A DNA stretch of 64,000 nt. It comes from an uncultured Actinomycetota bacterium (GTDB lineage: Bacteria; Actinomycetota; Actinomycetes; Propionibacteriales; Propionibacteriaceae). The translations under genes were made by a program, and so were the position numbers. The number at the start of each line of letters is the position of its first letter. Within the stretch, counting starts at the first letter, position 1. Below are positions 1-10,795 of this stretch, one piece after another. The DNA is taken from assembly GCA_963794405.1 (NCBI GenBank), contig CAWCDP010000007.1, forward strand, positions 156,067 through 220,066, given 5' to 3'. The notes beneath the pieces are model-generated. The model was not told the DNA's origin. It saw only the letters and a program-made list of their open reading frames with translations, and searched no databases.

Positions 1-951
<951 letters not shown>

Positions 952-976
952 GGGTCGAGTTCCTATCGTTGCCGTA

Positions 977-998
977 CGCCTGCCGTGCGTTGCAGGCG
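977..998 (-). other. hairpin in the trpC-trpB spacer (7-bp stem CGCCTGC/GCAGGCG, 8-nt loop)
   Basis: Inverted repeat read directly. Function unknown; it could be a processing or stability element. Confidence 0.3.
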
Positions 999-1044
999 CA
1001 CAGGCAAACGTACGCGATCGCGACGGGCGTCAGGCCCGCCGTCT

Positions 1045-1085
1045 GATCAGGACCGGTGCAGCGGCCTGGATCAGGACCGGTGCAG
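1045..1085. repeat. 24-bp tandem duplication spanning the trpC stop codon
   Basis: GATCAGGACCGGTGCAG occurs at 1045-1061 and again at 1069-1085. The second copy contains the trpC C-terminus (LHRS) and its stop. Confidence 0.9.
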
Positions 1086-1874
1086 GGCCGGGTGCGCGCC
1101 CGCCGCCACCAGGTCGGCGACCCCCGCTCGGGGGTCGCGGCCGGTGACCAGCGCCTCCCCGACCAGCACCACGTCGGCACCGTTGCGGGCCAGCTCGATC
1201 ACGTCGTGGGGTCCGCGGACGCCGGACTCGGCGATCCGGACGATCCCGTCCGGGATCAGCGGAGCCAGCCGGGCGAAGGTGAGCGGGTCGACCTCGAGGG
1301 TCTGCAGGCTGCGGGCGTTGATGCCGATCACCTTGGCGCCGGCGTCGATCGCCCGCTTGACCTCGTCGGCGGTGTGCGCCTCCACCAGGGGGGTGAGGCC
1401 GATGGAGCGAGCCCGCTCGATCAACGAGGTCAGCTCCTGGTCGGTGAGCGCGGCCACGATCAGCAGCGCCAGATCGGCGCCGGCCGCTCGAGCCTCGAAC
1501 AGCTGGTAGGAGGTGACGATGAAGTCCTTGCGCAGCACCGGCACCGAGACGGCGAGCCGGACCCGGACGAGGTCGTCCAGGGTGCCGCCGAACCGTCGCT
1601 GCTCGGTGAGCACGGAGATCGCGGCGGCGCCGCCGGCCTCGTACTGAGCGGCCAGGGCCGCGGGATCATCGATGGTGGCCAGTGCGCCCTTGCTCGGGCT
1701 GGAGCGCTTGACCTCGGCGATCACCGCCACGCCCCGACTGCGGAACATCGGCATCGGGTCGAGCGCGGGGTCGACGATCTTGACCCGTTCCTTCAGCCGT
1801 TCGAGGCTCGTCGTGGCCTGTCGGAGGGCGAGGTCCTCCCGGACCCCAGCGATGATGTCGTCGAGTGCACCCAC
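1071..1874 (-). CDS. trpC: indole-3-glycerol-phosphate synthase
   Basis: 267-aa ORF with [26 protein letters not shown] and LRKDFIV motifs typical of TrpC, in trp operon context. Confidence 0.92.
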   Translation of the reverse strand: MGALDDIIAGVREDLALRQATTSLERLKERVKIVDPALDPMPMFRSRGVAVIAEVKRSSPSKGALATIDDPAALAAQYEAGGAAAISVLTEQRRFGGTLDDLVRVRLAVSVPVLRKDFIVTSYQLFEARAAGADLALLIVAALTDQELTSLIERARSIGLTPLVEAHTADEVKRAIDAGAKVIGINARSLQTLEVDPLTFARLAPLIPDGIVRIAESGVRGPHDVIELARNGADVVLVGEALVTGRDPRAGVADLVAAGAHPALHRS

Positions 1875-1886
1875 AGTCCGAGCCGC

Positions 1887-2135
1887 CTAGACGGCGCCCA
1901 TTCCCATCTTCTGCAGCACCGCCGTGGCGATGAGGGCGACGATCAGCAGCGCACCACCGATCCAGAACACGGTCCAGTTCCCGAACACCAGACCGATCCC
2001 CCCGACGATGAACCCGACCAGCGCGATGAGGCTGCCGACCCAGGCGGCCACGGTGCGACCGTGGTGCACGTGCTTGTCGCCGGGTGCAGGCCTGTAGTCA
2101 CTGACCTCATAGAACTTCGGGGCCGTGCCAGCCAT
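1887..2135 (-). CDS. small membrane protein, HGxxPAAW-like
   Basis: Start placed at the internal ATG (MAGTAPKFYEV) 8-12 nt after an AGGAG. Motif HHGRTVAAW is followed by two hydrophobic helices. The position between trpE and trpC is typical of actinomycetes. Confidence 0.6.
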   Translation of the reverse strand: MAGTAPKFYEVSDYRPAPGDKHVHHGRTVAAWVGSLIALVGFIVGGIGLVFGNWTVFWIGGALLIVALIATAVLQKMGMGAV

Positions 2136-2142
2136 CTCGTCC

Positions 2143-2796
2143 TCACTCCTGCCGGGGATCGTGGGTCGGCTCCATTGTGACGCGTTCCGCTCCGTCACGC
2201 ACATCGGGGTCGCCGGTCGGGTCGCGACCGGCGTCCAGATCCTTCCAGACCCGGTTCGGGTCGTCGTTCAGGTCGACCGGCGCCGCACTCGGGACGGGCG
2301 ACGTCGCGAACCGGTCGCTGCGCTCGGCCCAGCGCGCCGCCCCGAACCACAGCAGCACCGCCCCGGCGACGACGAGGAGACCGGCGACGGCGTACACCCA
2401 CGGCCAGGCGCTGGTGCTCAGGGCGAACTGGTCCGTCAGGCTGACCTGTCGCACCCGCGTGCGGACGGTGTCGGCGTCGGGGGCGGTCAGCAGCGCTCCG
2501 GTGGCGATCATCCCGAGCCCGGTGGCGGCGAGACCGACCGCCAGGATCCGTCGACCGCGGCGGCGGAGCACGAGCACCAGCAGCACACCGGCCAGGGTCA
2601 CCGCGGCCAGCGCCTGACTCAGGCCGCCGGTGGCGTCGGAGCCGTTGAAGCTGACGGTCGCGCCGGCGCCGTCGGCCCGCCACCAGGGCTGGGCGGCGGC
2701 CACGAACCCGAGCCCGGCCCCGAGCAGCAGGACGGCGAGGGTGGCTCCGCGACCCGCCAACCGGTCGAGGGGAGTCACCTGGTCCGACCGGCTCAC
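2143..2796 (-). CDS. Trp-operon-associated membrane protein (TIGR02234-like, from memory)
   Basis: 217-aa Trp-rich polytopic protein ([15 protein letters not shown]). Its GTG start overlaps the trpE stop (GTGA). Confidence 0.7.
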   Translation of the reverse strand: MSRSDQVTPLDRLAGRGATLAVLLLGAGLGFVAAAQPWWRADGAGATVSFNGSDATGGLSQALAAVTLAGVLLVLVLRRRGRRILAVGLAATGLGMIATGALLTAPDADTVRTRVRQVSLTDQFALSTSAWPWVYAVAGLLVVAGAVLLWFGAARWAERSDRFATSPVPSAAPVDLNDDPNRVWKDLDAGRDPTGDPDVRDGAERVTMEPTHDPRQE

Positions 2797-4307
2797 GCGA
2801 CGGGCCGGAAGGCCTGCGCGAGGGTGACGGCCCGGACCACGGCGGCGGCCTTGTTCTGCGACTCCTGGTCCTCGGTGGGCGGGTCGGAGTCGGCGACGAT
2901 CCCACCGCCCGCCTGCACGTACGCGACCCCGTCGCGCAGCAGCGCCGTCCGGATGGCGATGGCCGCGTCGGCGTCGCCGGCGAGATCGAGGTAGCCGACG
3001 ACCCCGCCGTACAGCCCACGACGGGACACCTCGAGACCGTCGATGATCTCCATCGCCCGGACCTTCGGGGCGCCGGACAAGGTGCCCGCCGGGAAGGCGG
3101 CGAGCACCGCGTCCAGCGCCGTCCGGTCCGGGCCGAGCCGACCGGTGACCGTGGACTCCAGATGCATGATGTGGCTGTAGCGGCGGACCTCCATGAACTC
3201 GACCACCTCGACCGTGCCCGGCCGGCAGACCCGGCCCAGGTCGTTGCGGCCGAGATCGACCAGCATCACGTGCTCGGCCCGCTCCTTGGGGTCGGCCAGC
3301 AGCTCGGCCTCCAGCGCCGCGTCCTCGGCCGGAGTGGCGCCGCGGGGCTTCGAGCCGGCGATCGGGTGGGTCAGCACCGCCTCGCCCTTGACCGTGACCA
3401 GGGCCTCGGGTGAGGAACCGACGATGTCGAACCCCTCGAGCCGCAGCAGGTACATGTAGGGACTGGGGTTGGTCAGTCGCAGCATCCGGTAGACGTCGAG
3501 GGCGTCGGCGCTGGTGTCGACCTCGAACCGCTGGCTCACCACGATCTGGAACGCCTCGCCGGCCTTGATCTCCTCGACCGCGGCCGACACCGCGGCCTGG
3601 AACTCCTCGGGGGTGCGCTGCCGGCGTACGGCCGGGGGCTCGGCCGCGCTGACCACGACGGGAGCCGACGGGGTGGGCCTGGTGATGGCCTCGGTCAGCG
3701 CCTCGACCCGGGCCACCGCATCCGCGTACGCCTCGTCGACCCGGTCGTCGCTGCCGTCGAAGTTGACCGCGTTGGCGATCAGCCAGACCTGCTGGTCGTG
3801 GTGGTCCAGGACGACGAGATCGCCGACCACCATCTGCACCAGCTCGGGGATGCGCAGGTCATCGGGGTTGCTGTCGGGCAGCCGCTCGATCCGCCGGACG
3901 ATGTCGTAGCCCAGGTAGCCGACCAGGCCGGAGGTGAACGGCGGCAGGTCGGGGTCCCGCGGTGTGTGCAGGCGCTGCAGGGTCTCCGCGACCGCGGCCA
4001 GCGGGTCGCCCCCGCTCGGCATCCCGGTCGGGACCCGGCCGGTCCAGGTGGCTGCCCCGTCGACCTCGGTCAGGGTCGCGACGGCGTTGACGCCGATGAA
4101 GGAGTAGCGCGACCACACGCCCTGCTCGGCCGACTCCAGCAGGAAGGTGCCCGGCCGGTTGCCGGCCAGCTTGCGGTAGAGCCCGGTCGCGGTCTCGGTG
4201 TCCAGCAGCAGCCGGCGGCGGACGGAGATGACCCGGCGGTCCGGCGCCAGGTCGCGGAACTCCTGCAGCGTGGGCTCGATCACGCCGGTGGGGATCGCGC
4301 TGGTCAT
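2793..4307 (-). CDS. trpE: anthranilate synthase component I
   Basis: 504 aa with the chorismate-binding C-terminal core ([28 protein letters not shown]...[13 protein letters not shown]). Confidence 0.92.
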   Translation of the reverse strand: MTSAIPTGVIEPTLQEFRDLAPDRRVISVRRRLLLDTETATGLYRKLAGNRPGTFLLESAEQGVWSRYSFIGVNAVATLTEVDGAATWTGRVPTGMPSGGDPLAAVAETLQRLHTPRDPDLPPFTSGLVGYLGYDIVRRIERLPDSNPDDLRIPELVQMVVGDLVVLDHHDQQVWLIANAVNFDGSDDRVDEAYADAVARVEALTEAITRPTPSAPVVVSAAEPPAVRRQRTPEEFQAAVSAAVEEIKAGEAFQIVVSQRFEVDTSADALDVYRMLRLTNPSPYMYLLRLEGFDIVGSSPEALVTVKGEAVLTHPIAGSKPRGATPAEDAALEAELLADPKERAEHVMLVDLGRNDLGRVCRPGTVEVVEFMEVRRYSHIMHLESTVTGRLGPDRTALDAVLAAFPAGTLSGAPKVRAMEIIDGLEVSRRGLYGGVVGYLDLAGDADAAIAIRTALLRDGVAYVQAGGGIVADSDPPTEDQESQNKAAAVVRAVTLAQAFRPVA

Positions 4308-4690
4308 CGACCGACCTCCGCCGGGAGCAGGACGCGGGCGTCGAAGCAGGTGCGGTCGCCGGTGTGGCAGGCCGCGCCCTCCTGGTCGACGGCGACCAGC
4401 AGGGTGTCGCCGTCACAGTCCAGCCGCACCTCACGGACCCACTGCCGGTGGCCGCTGGTCTCCCCCTTGACCCAGTACTCCCCGCGGGAACGGGACCAGT
4501 AGGTGGCCCGGCCGGTCGTGAGCGTGCGGTGCAGCGCCTCGTCGTCCATCCAGCCGACCATCAGCACCTCGAGGGTGTCCCACTGCTGCACCACGGCGGC
4601 CACCAGACCGGCGGCGTCGCGCTTGAGCAGAGCGGCCACCCCGGGGTCGAGGGCGGTCACGTGCGCGTCAGGAGGAGTCACGGCGTTCAT
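4304..4690 (-). CDS. hisI: phosphoribosyl-AMP cyclohydrolase
   Basis: Start trimmed to MNAV at 4690 (128 aa). Motifs: [37 protein letters not shown]. Its stop overlaps the trpE start (ATGA). Confidence 0.9.
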   Translation of the reverse strand: MNAVTPPDAHVTALDPGVAALLKRDAAGLVAAVVQQWDTLEVLMVGWMDDEALHRTLTTGRATYWSRSRGEYWVKGETSGHRQWVREVRLDCDGDTLLVAVDQEGAACHTGDRTCFDARVLLPAEVGR

Positions 4691-4853
4691 TGTTCCCGAT
4701 CCCGGAGCGGGTCCGTGCCGGGAATTCCGATCGTGGCGGCCGCAGACGGCGGCTGCCACGATCCGTGACCCTGGCCAAGACGTCGGAGCGGCGCTTACGA
4801 TCCTCCCGCCCACCCGTGGTCGCGGTCGGGTCGAGACGACAGCGAGGTGCACG

Positions 4854-5690
4854 GTGACAGGTGGTCCCCCAGGCGAGGTCGGTGCCCTGTCCCGACGGGG
4901 TTTTCTCACCACCACCGCCGGTCTCGTTCTCGCTGGAGTGGCAGCGGTCCCCGCCACGGCGGCGGGACCGGCCGTGTCGGCCGGCGCACGGCTGCCGACC
5001 CGGGCCGAGATCATCGACGAGTTCGCAGGCCGCCGGCCGGGTCGATTCGGCATGTTCCTCCCTGGCATGGTCCGCCGCGGCAGAGAGCGCGTCGCCCTGA
5101 CCTTCGACGCCTGCGGCGGCTCCCGGGGCAGCGGCTACGACAAGGCGGTCATCGCCACCCTGCGGAAACGGAACGTCCCCGCGACCCTGTTCCTGAACTC
5201 GCGGTGGATCGAGGCCCACCCGCACGTCGCCGCCGACCTCGCCGAGGACCCCCTCTTCGAGCTCGGCAACCACGGGTGGCGGCACCGCCCCCTCACGGTC
5301 GCCGGCCAGTCGGCGTACGGCATCAAGGGCACAACGGGTCCTGGCGAGGCGTACGACGAGATCATGCGTGGTCTGCACGCGGTGGCCGAGCTGACGGGAC
5401 GAGCACCGAGGTGGTACCGACCCGGCACCGCCTGGGCTGACGACGTCGGCGTCGCCATCGCGCATCGACTCGGCCTGCGGGTCGTCTCCTTCAGCATCAA
5501 CGCCGACGCCGGGGCCACGGCCAGCACCAAGGAGGTCGTGGCCAACCTGAAGAAGGCGCGTCGGACCGACATCACCCTCGGACACGTCAACCAGCCTCAT
5601 GGCCGGACCGCCGAGGGTCTGGCCAAGGAGCTGCCGAAGATGATCCACGCCGGCCGTCACTTCGGCACGCTGAGCCGCGTCCTCGCCTGA
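4854..5690 (+). CDS. secreted polysaccharide deacetylase (NodB homology domain)
   Basis: GTG at 4854 gives a Tat-like [16 protein letters not shown] signal. This is followed by [14 protein letters not shown] and GNHGWRH motifs. Confidence 0.75.
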   Translation: MTGGPPGEVGALSRRGFLTTTAGLVLAGVAAVPATAAGPAVSAGARLPTRAEIIDEFAGRRPGRFGMFLPGMVRRGRERVALTFDACGGSRGSGYDKAVIATLRKRNVPATLFLNSRWIEAHPHVAADLAEDPLFELGNHGWRHRPLTVAGQSAYGIKGTTGPGEAYDEIMRGLHAVAELTGRAPRWYRPGTAWADDVGVAIAHRLGLRVVSFSINADAGATASTKEVVANLKKARRTDITLGHVNQPHGRTAEGLAKELPKMIHAGRHFGTLSRVLA

Positions 5691-5749
5691 GGTCCGGTGG
5701 TCTCCGCGCGGCCGGACCCCGCCGCGATCGGGTCCGAATGGGCGGACCC
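5691..5749 (+). terminator. two tandem GC hairpins after the deacetylase gene
   Basis: GGTCCGG(5691-5697)/CCGGACC(5712-5718) and GGGTCCG(5730-5736)/CGGACCC(5743-5749). There is no U-tract, which is common in high-GC actinomycetes. Confidence 0.4.
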
Positions 5750-5766
5750 GTCTAGCATGGCTCCTC

Positions 5767-6420
5767 GTGACCTTTGCCAAGTCGGAGCGTGCCGCTCTGT
5801 GCGACCTCTTCGATGACCGCGGCCCCGACGCCCCGACCCTGTGCGAGGGCTGGGTGACCCACGACCTCGCCGCACACCTGTGGATCCGGGAGACCGACCC
5901 CATCGGCGTCTCCGGCATGGTGGCCAAGCCGCTGTCCGGACTGCTGGACCGGCGGATGGCCGAGGTGAAGCAGCGGTGGGAGTTCGCCGAGCTGGTGGAC
6001 CGGATCCGCAACGGCCCGGCCCGGTTCTCGGTGTTCGCGCTGCCCGGGGTGGACGAGCCGGCCAACACCACCGAGTACTTCGTGCACCACGAGGACGTCC
6101 GGCGCGCCGGCGAGCAACCCGAGGCCGCCCGCGAGCTGGACGCCGAGATCGAGGACTGGATGTGGCGGCGGCTCAAGCTCCTGGGCCGTGCCTTCTTCCG
6201 CCGGGCTCAGGTCGGGGTGGTCCTGGAGCGCGCCGGGACAGCGGACCAGTACGAGCCGGACGCCATCCGGGCCGTCTCCGGCGCGACGATCGTCACGGTG
6301 GTCGGTCGACCCAGTGAGCTGATGCTCTTCGCCAGCGGCCGCACCGGTGCCGCCGTCGTCGACCTGGTCGGCGAGCCCGAGGCCCTGGACCTCCTGCACA
6401 GCGCCGATCTGAGCATCTGA
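5767..6420 (+). CDS. TIGR03085-like / mycothiol-dependent maleylpyruvate-isomerase-fold (DinB-like) protein
   Basis: N-terminus ERAALCDLFDDRGPDAPTLCEGWVTHDLAAHLWIRE matches my memory of this actinobacterial family. Confidence 0.6.
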   Translation: MTFAKSERAALCDLFDDRGPDAPTLCEGWVTHDLAAHLWIRETDPIGVSGMVAKPLSGLLDRRMAEVKQRWEFAELVDRIRNGPARFSVFALPGVDEPANTTEYFVHHEDVRRAGEQPEAARELDAEIEDWMWRRLKLLGRAFFRRAQVGVVLERAGTADQYEPDAIRAVSGATIVTVVGRPSELMLFASGRTGAAVVDLVGEPEALDLLHSADLSI

Positions 6421-6510
6421 CAGCCGATCTGAGCATCCGGGGCGGGTCCGACCTGGACCCAGGGCGACACGTGGGGTAGGAAGGGCATCCCCCACCCGAG
6501 GAGCTCCCCC

Positions 6511-8346
6511 ATGGCTCGACGGTCCTTGCGGGCAGGCGCCGCCCTGCTCGGTCTGGCCCTCGCCGGCACGCTGCTGGTCGGTGTGTCCCCGACCTCCGCC
6601 GGGGCGAGCCCCAGCACCGAGCAGCGGGTGACGAAGAAGAACCCGACGGCGTACGGGTGGGGCGGCGCGGTGGCCAGCGTGGACCCGGAGGCGACCGCGG
6701 CCGGGCTGCGGGTGCTGCGGGACGGCGGCAACGCGGTGGACGCGGCGGTGGCCACCGCCGCCGCGCTCGGTGTCACCGAGCCCTACTCCGCCGGTATCGG
6801 CGGTGGCGGCTACTTCGTCTACTACGACGCCAGGACCCGTCGGGTGCAGACCATCGACGGTCGCGAGACCGCTGCGCAGAGCATGCCCGAGACGGCCTTC
6901 ACCGATCCGGCGACCGGGCAGCCCTACCCGTTCGACCAGCTGGTCACCAGCGGCAAGTCCGTCGGGGTGCCGGGGACGCCGGCCACCTGGGAGCGGGCCC
7001 TGCAGCGGTGGGGGCGCAGGTCCCTGGCCGCCGACCTGCAGCCGGCGATCCAGATCGCCACCCGCGGCTTCGAGGTGGACCAGACCTTCCGCGACCAGAC
7101 CGTGCAGAACCAGACGCGGTTCGCGCAGATCACCCCCACGGCGCAGCTCTTCCTGCCGGGCGGGGCCGCACCCGAGGTCGGATCGATCTTCCGCAACCCC
7201 GAGCTCGCCGACACCTACACCGCGATCGCCCGGGGCGGCGCGCGGGTGATGTACCGCGGGCCGATCGCCGACGAGATCGTCCGCACCGTGCAGCAGCCGC
7301 CCAAGGACCCCGGCGCGACCCTGCCGGTCTGGCCCGGCTACCTGACGGCGTCGGATCTGGCGACGTACCGAGCCCTCGACCAGGCGCCGACCGCCGTGCG
7401 CTACCGCAACCTGAACGTCTACGGGATGGCGCCCTCGTCCTCGGGCGGCACCACTGTCGGTGAGGCCCTGAACATCCTGGACACCCAGAACCTGAGCCGG
7501 ATGTCCACCCCCCGGGCCCTGCACTACTACCTGGACGCCTCGGCCCTGGCCTTCGCCGACCGGGCCGCCTACGTCGGCGACCCCGCCTTCGCCGACGTGC
7601 CGACGCAGACCCTGCTGTCGCAGCGTTTCGCCGACGGCCGGGCCTGTCAGATCCCTCGTCAGCAGGCGCTGGTCACCCCGACCGCGAAGGGCGACCTGTT
7701 CGCCCGCGGCTGCCGGACCGCCGGGGTGTCACCGGCGTCGGACCAGGGGAAGTCGACGACCCACCTGGTCACCTCCGACCGCTGGGGCAACGTCGTCTCC
7801 TACACGCTGACCATCGAGCAGACCGGCGGCTCCGGCATCGTGGTGCCCGGTCGTGGCTTCCTGCTCAACAACGAGCTCACCGACTTCACCGCTGCGTACG
7901 TGGCCACCGACCCCAACCGGATCCAGGGCGGCAAGCGGCCCCGCTCGTCGATGTCGCCGACCATCGTGCTGGACGGCCGCGGCGAGCCCGTGTACGCCGT
8001 CGGGTCGCCGGGCGGCTCGACCATCATCACCACCGTGCTGCAGACCCTGGTCAACCGGATCGACCTCGGCATGACCCTGCCCGAGGCCGTCGCCGCACCG
8101 CGGGCCTCGCACCGCAACGCGGCCACGGTGACGGCGGAGCCGGCGTTCATCGACCGGTACGGTGACGCGCTGACCGCGCGCGGCTACACGCTGGTGAAGA
8201 GCGGCGACGCGTTCACCTCCGCGGCCGAGATCGGCGCGGTGGCGGCGCTGGAGTTCCGCCCGGGCGGGTACGTGCTCGCGGCCGCCGAGCCGGTCCGGCG
8301 GGGCGGCGGTTCGGCCGGTGTGGTGGTCCCGACCTCTCGTCGGTGA
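6511..8346 (+). CDS. ggt: secreted gamma-glutamyltransferase
   Basis: 611 aa with a signal peptide (RRSLRAGAALLGLALAG). Autoprocessing/nucleophile region GKSTTHLVTSDRWGN, plus GGSTIIT. Confidence 0.9.
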   Translation: MARRSLRAGAALLGLALAGTLLVGVSPTSAGASPSTEQRVTKKNPTAYGWGGAVASVDPEATAAGLRVLRDGGNAVDAAVATAAALGVTEPYSAGIGGGGYFVYYDARTRRVQTIDGRETAAQSMPETAFTDPATGQPYPFDQLVTSGKSVGVPGTPATWERALQRWGRRSLAADLQPAIQIATRGFEVDQTFRDQTVQNQTRFAQITPTAQLFLPGGAAPEVGSIFRNPELADTYTAIARGGARVMYRGPIADEIVRTVQQPPKDPGATLPVWPGYLTASDLATYRALDQAPTAVRYRNLNVYGMAPSSSGGTTVGEALNILDTQNLSRMSTPRALHYYLDASALAFADRAAYVGDPAFADVPTQTLLSQRFADGRACQIPRQQALVTPTAKGDLFARGCRTAGVSPASDQGKSTTHLVTSDRWGNVVSYTLTIEQTGGSGIVVPGRGFLLNNELTDFTAAYVATDPNRIQGGKRPRSSMSPTIVLDGRGEPVYAVGSPGGSTIITTVLQTLVNRIDLGMTLPEAVAAPRASHRNAATVTAEPAFIDRYGDALTARGYTLVKSGDAFTSAAEIGAVAALEFRPGGYVLAAAEPVRRGGGSAGVVVPTSRR

Positions 8347-8391
8347 CGCCGACCTCCCGCAGCCGGGGTGCGGCCGGCCGTTCGACGCCGC

Positions 8392-8994
8392 TCAGTCATC
8401 CAGACCGCGAGCGATCAACGCGTCGCCCAGCTGCTGGGCGTGCCGCAGGGCACGGACCAGCAGCGGCACGGCGAACGCCCGCGGACTCGACGGCAGGCCG
8501 CGGGCTCGCTGGGCGTCCCGGAGCTGCTCGGCCAGGCCCAGCACCACGGGGATCGCTCGGATGCTCAGGGCCAGCAGCAGACCGACCCGCTCGGGCGCGA
8601 CCCCGAACCGGCGGAAGGGACCGAGTGCGGCGACCACCACGCCGCTCAGGGCGGTGGTCGTGGTGGTCAGGGTGACGAGTCCCGCGGCGAGCACCAGCAG
8701 CAGGATCGTCACCGTGACCGACACCGCGAGCCGCCAGTCCGCGAGCAGCAGCTGGGCGACCGCGATAGCGGCCAGCACCCACCACAGCGACCGCAGCTGG
8801 CGCAGGGCGAAGCCGAGACCGATCCGGGCCAGCGGATAGAGCAGCAGCACGGCGCACAGGAGCAGGCACCGCTGCCACCACTCCGCCAGCAGCTGACTCA
8901 GCAGCGCCAGTCCGACCAGGCCCAGCACCTTTGCGCCGGCGGGGGCCCGGTGCAGGATCGAACCACCCGGCACGTACAGCCCGAGCAGGCTCAC
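8392..8994 (-). CDS. ecfT: ECF transporter transmembrane (T) component, BioN-like
   Basis: Trimmed to the GTG at 8994 (200 aa). Polytopic CbiQ/EcfT-like protein with an ARG...D C-terminal motif. GTGA overlap with the upstream ATPase. Confidence 0.8.
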   Translation of the reverse strand: MSLLGLYVPGGSILHRAPAGAKVLGLVGLALLSQLLAEWWQRCLLLCAVLLLYPLARIGLGFALRQLRSLWWVLAAIAVAQLLLADWRLAVSVTVTILLLVLAAGLVTLTTTTTALSGVVVAALGPFRRFGVAPERVGLLLALSIRAIPVVLGLAEQLRDAQRARGLPSSPRAFAVPLLVRALRHAQQLGDALIARGLDD

Positions 8995-9686
8995 CGGCCC
9001 GCCCGCATCAGCCAGCGGTAGTGCTCGACGGCTGCCGCCGGTGCCGTGTCGGCCACCAGCCGGCCCTCGTCGAAGACCAGCACCCGGTCGAACCCGGCCA
9101 GCAGCTCGAGGTGGTGGGTGAGCAGCACCACCTGCTCGTCGAGCCCGGCCACCAGATCGGCGATCAGGGCCGCGTTGCGCAGATCGAGCAGGGTGGTCGG
9201 CTCGTCCAGCACGAGCAGCGCCGGCTCGGTGACCAGCACCGAGGCCAGGGCCAGCAGCTGCTTCTGGCCCCCGGACAACAGGTGGGCCGGGTGGTCGGCG
9301 TGCCCGGCCAGACCGAACCGGGTGAGCGCATCGCTCACTCGACCGTCCAGCGCCTGCCCCCGCAGGTCGCGCCGGCGCAGGCTGAAGGCGACGTCCTCGG
9401 CCACCGTGGGCATCACGATCTGCGCGTCGGGGTCGGTGAAGCAGAACCCGACCAGCCGGCGCACCTGCTTGCCGTGGCGCTTGGTGTCGTGCCCGTCCAC
9501 GGTGACGGTCCCGCGGTCGGGGACGACCAGACCGTTCAGCAGTCGCGCGAACGTGGACTTGCCGGAGCCGTTGGCACCGATGACCCCGATCCGGTGCTCG
9601 CTGAGCTCGACCGTGACGTCGTGCAGGACGGGGCGGCGCTGGGCGGCGTAGGTGTGGCTGACACCGTCGACGGTGATCAGCGGCAC
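8991..9686 (-). CDS. ecfA: ECF transporter ATPase (A) component, BioM-like
   Basis: Trimmed to the GTG at 9686 (231 aa). Walker A GANGSGKST, signature LSGGQKQ, Walker B LLVLDEPT. Confidence 0.85.
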   Translation of the reverse strand: MPLITVDGVSHTYAAQRRPVLHDVTVELSEHRIGVIGANGSGKSTFARLLNGLVVPDRGTVTVDGHDTKRHGKQVRRLVGFCFTDPDAQIVMPTVAEDVAFSLRRRDLRGQALDGRVSDALTRFGLAGHADHPAHLLSGGQKQLLALASVLVTEPALLVLDEPTTLLDLRNAALIADLVAGLDEQVVLLTHHLELLAGFDRVLVFDEGRLVADTAPAAAVEHYRWLMRAGR

Positions 9687-10795
9687 GATTCCACCACCAT
9701 CGCGACCCCCTGGCCGCCGCCCACGGCGATCGCCGCCAAGCCCAGCTCGCCGACCCGTCCGGCCCGCACCAGCTGACCGAACAGCCGCACGGCCAGCACC
9801 GCCCCGGACGCACCCCACGGGTGTCCGAGCGCGATCGCCCCGCCCTCGACACAGACCCGGCACGGGTCCAGCTGGAGCTCGTCGCAGCACGCCAGCACCT
9901 GTCCGGCGAACGCCTCGTTGAGCTCGATCACCGCGAGGTGGGCCAGCGTCACCCCAGCGCGGTCGAGGGCCATCCGGACGGCCGGCACGATGCCGAGGCC
10001 GGGCGTCTGCGGTGACACCCCGACGGTGGCCGTCGACAGGATCCGGAGTCCGGGCAGACCCCGCCGCACCCGGTCCGCCTCGCTCACCAGCGCCACCACC
10101 GCCGCCCCGTCGTTGATCCCGCACGAGGTGCCGGCGGTGGCCGTGCCCGCGGCGGAGAAGATCGGTCGCATCCGCGCGAGTCGCTCGCGGGTCAGCCCGG
10201 CCCGCGGTCGCTCGTCGGCGGTCAGACCGCCCACCGGCACGAGCTCGGCGTCGAAGACCCCCCGCCCGGCGGCCGCCACCGCCCGCTGGTGGGAGCGCAG
10301 CGCGTACGCCTCTTGGCGGTCCCGGCCGATCCCCGCCCGGGCCGCCACCTGGTCCGCCGCGGCCCCCATCTCCGGATCCCCCAGCTCCCGCGGCGCGAAG
10401 GCGGCACGCTCGGGCCGGACCGAGGTGGACGCCGACTCCACCCCGCCGGCGAGCACGGCGCGGCCGTCCTCGACCAGAGCGGCGCCGACGACCACCGCCG
10501 CCAGCCCGCTGCCGCACTGCCGGTCGACCGTCAGCCCGGGGACGCCGATGCCCAGCCCGGCCTGCAGAGCGGCGAAGCGGGCCAGGTCACCGCCCGGTCC
10601 GGTGCAGTTGCCCAGCACCACCTCGGTCACCTCGTCGGCCGTCAGTCCGGCGTCGGCGAGCACCGGCGGCAGCACCGCGGCCGCCAGGTCCGCCGCCGTC
10701 AGCGCGGCCAGCCCGTGTCCGGCGGTGCCGATCGGGGTCCGCCGCGCCGCGACGATCGCCACGGAGTTCATCGGGGGCGTCATCTGGGGCGTCAT
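9677..10795 (-). CDS. acetyl-CoA C-acyltransferase (thiolase)
   Basis: 372 aa with VDRQCGSG (active-site Cys), NEAFA, GGAIALGHPWGASG and GGGQG. Confidence 0.85.
   Translation of the reverse strand: MTPQMTPPMNSVAIVAARRTPIGTAGHGLAALTAADLAAAVLPPVLADAGLTADEVTEVVLGNCTGPGGDLARFAALQAGLGIGVPGLTVDRQCGSGLAAVVVGAALVEDGRAVLAGGVESASTSVRPERAAFAPRELGDPEMGAAADQVAARAGIGRDRQEAYALRSHQRAVAAAGRGVFDAELVPVGGLTADERPRAGLTRERLARMRPIFSAAGTATAGTSCGINDGAAVVALVSEADRVRRGLPGLRILSTATVGVSPQTPGLGIVPAVRMALDRAGVTLAHLAVIELNEAFAGQVLACCDELQLDPCRVCVEGGAIALGHPWGASGAVLAVRLFGQLVRAGRVGELGLAAIAVGGGQGVAMVVESCR

Noticed and set aside
8347-8391. A possible terminator hairpin between convergent ggt and ecfT (GCCGG...CCGGC)
   Set aside because: The stem is only 5 bp with a 7-nt loop in very GC-rich DNA. 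This is too weak to distinguish from chance.
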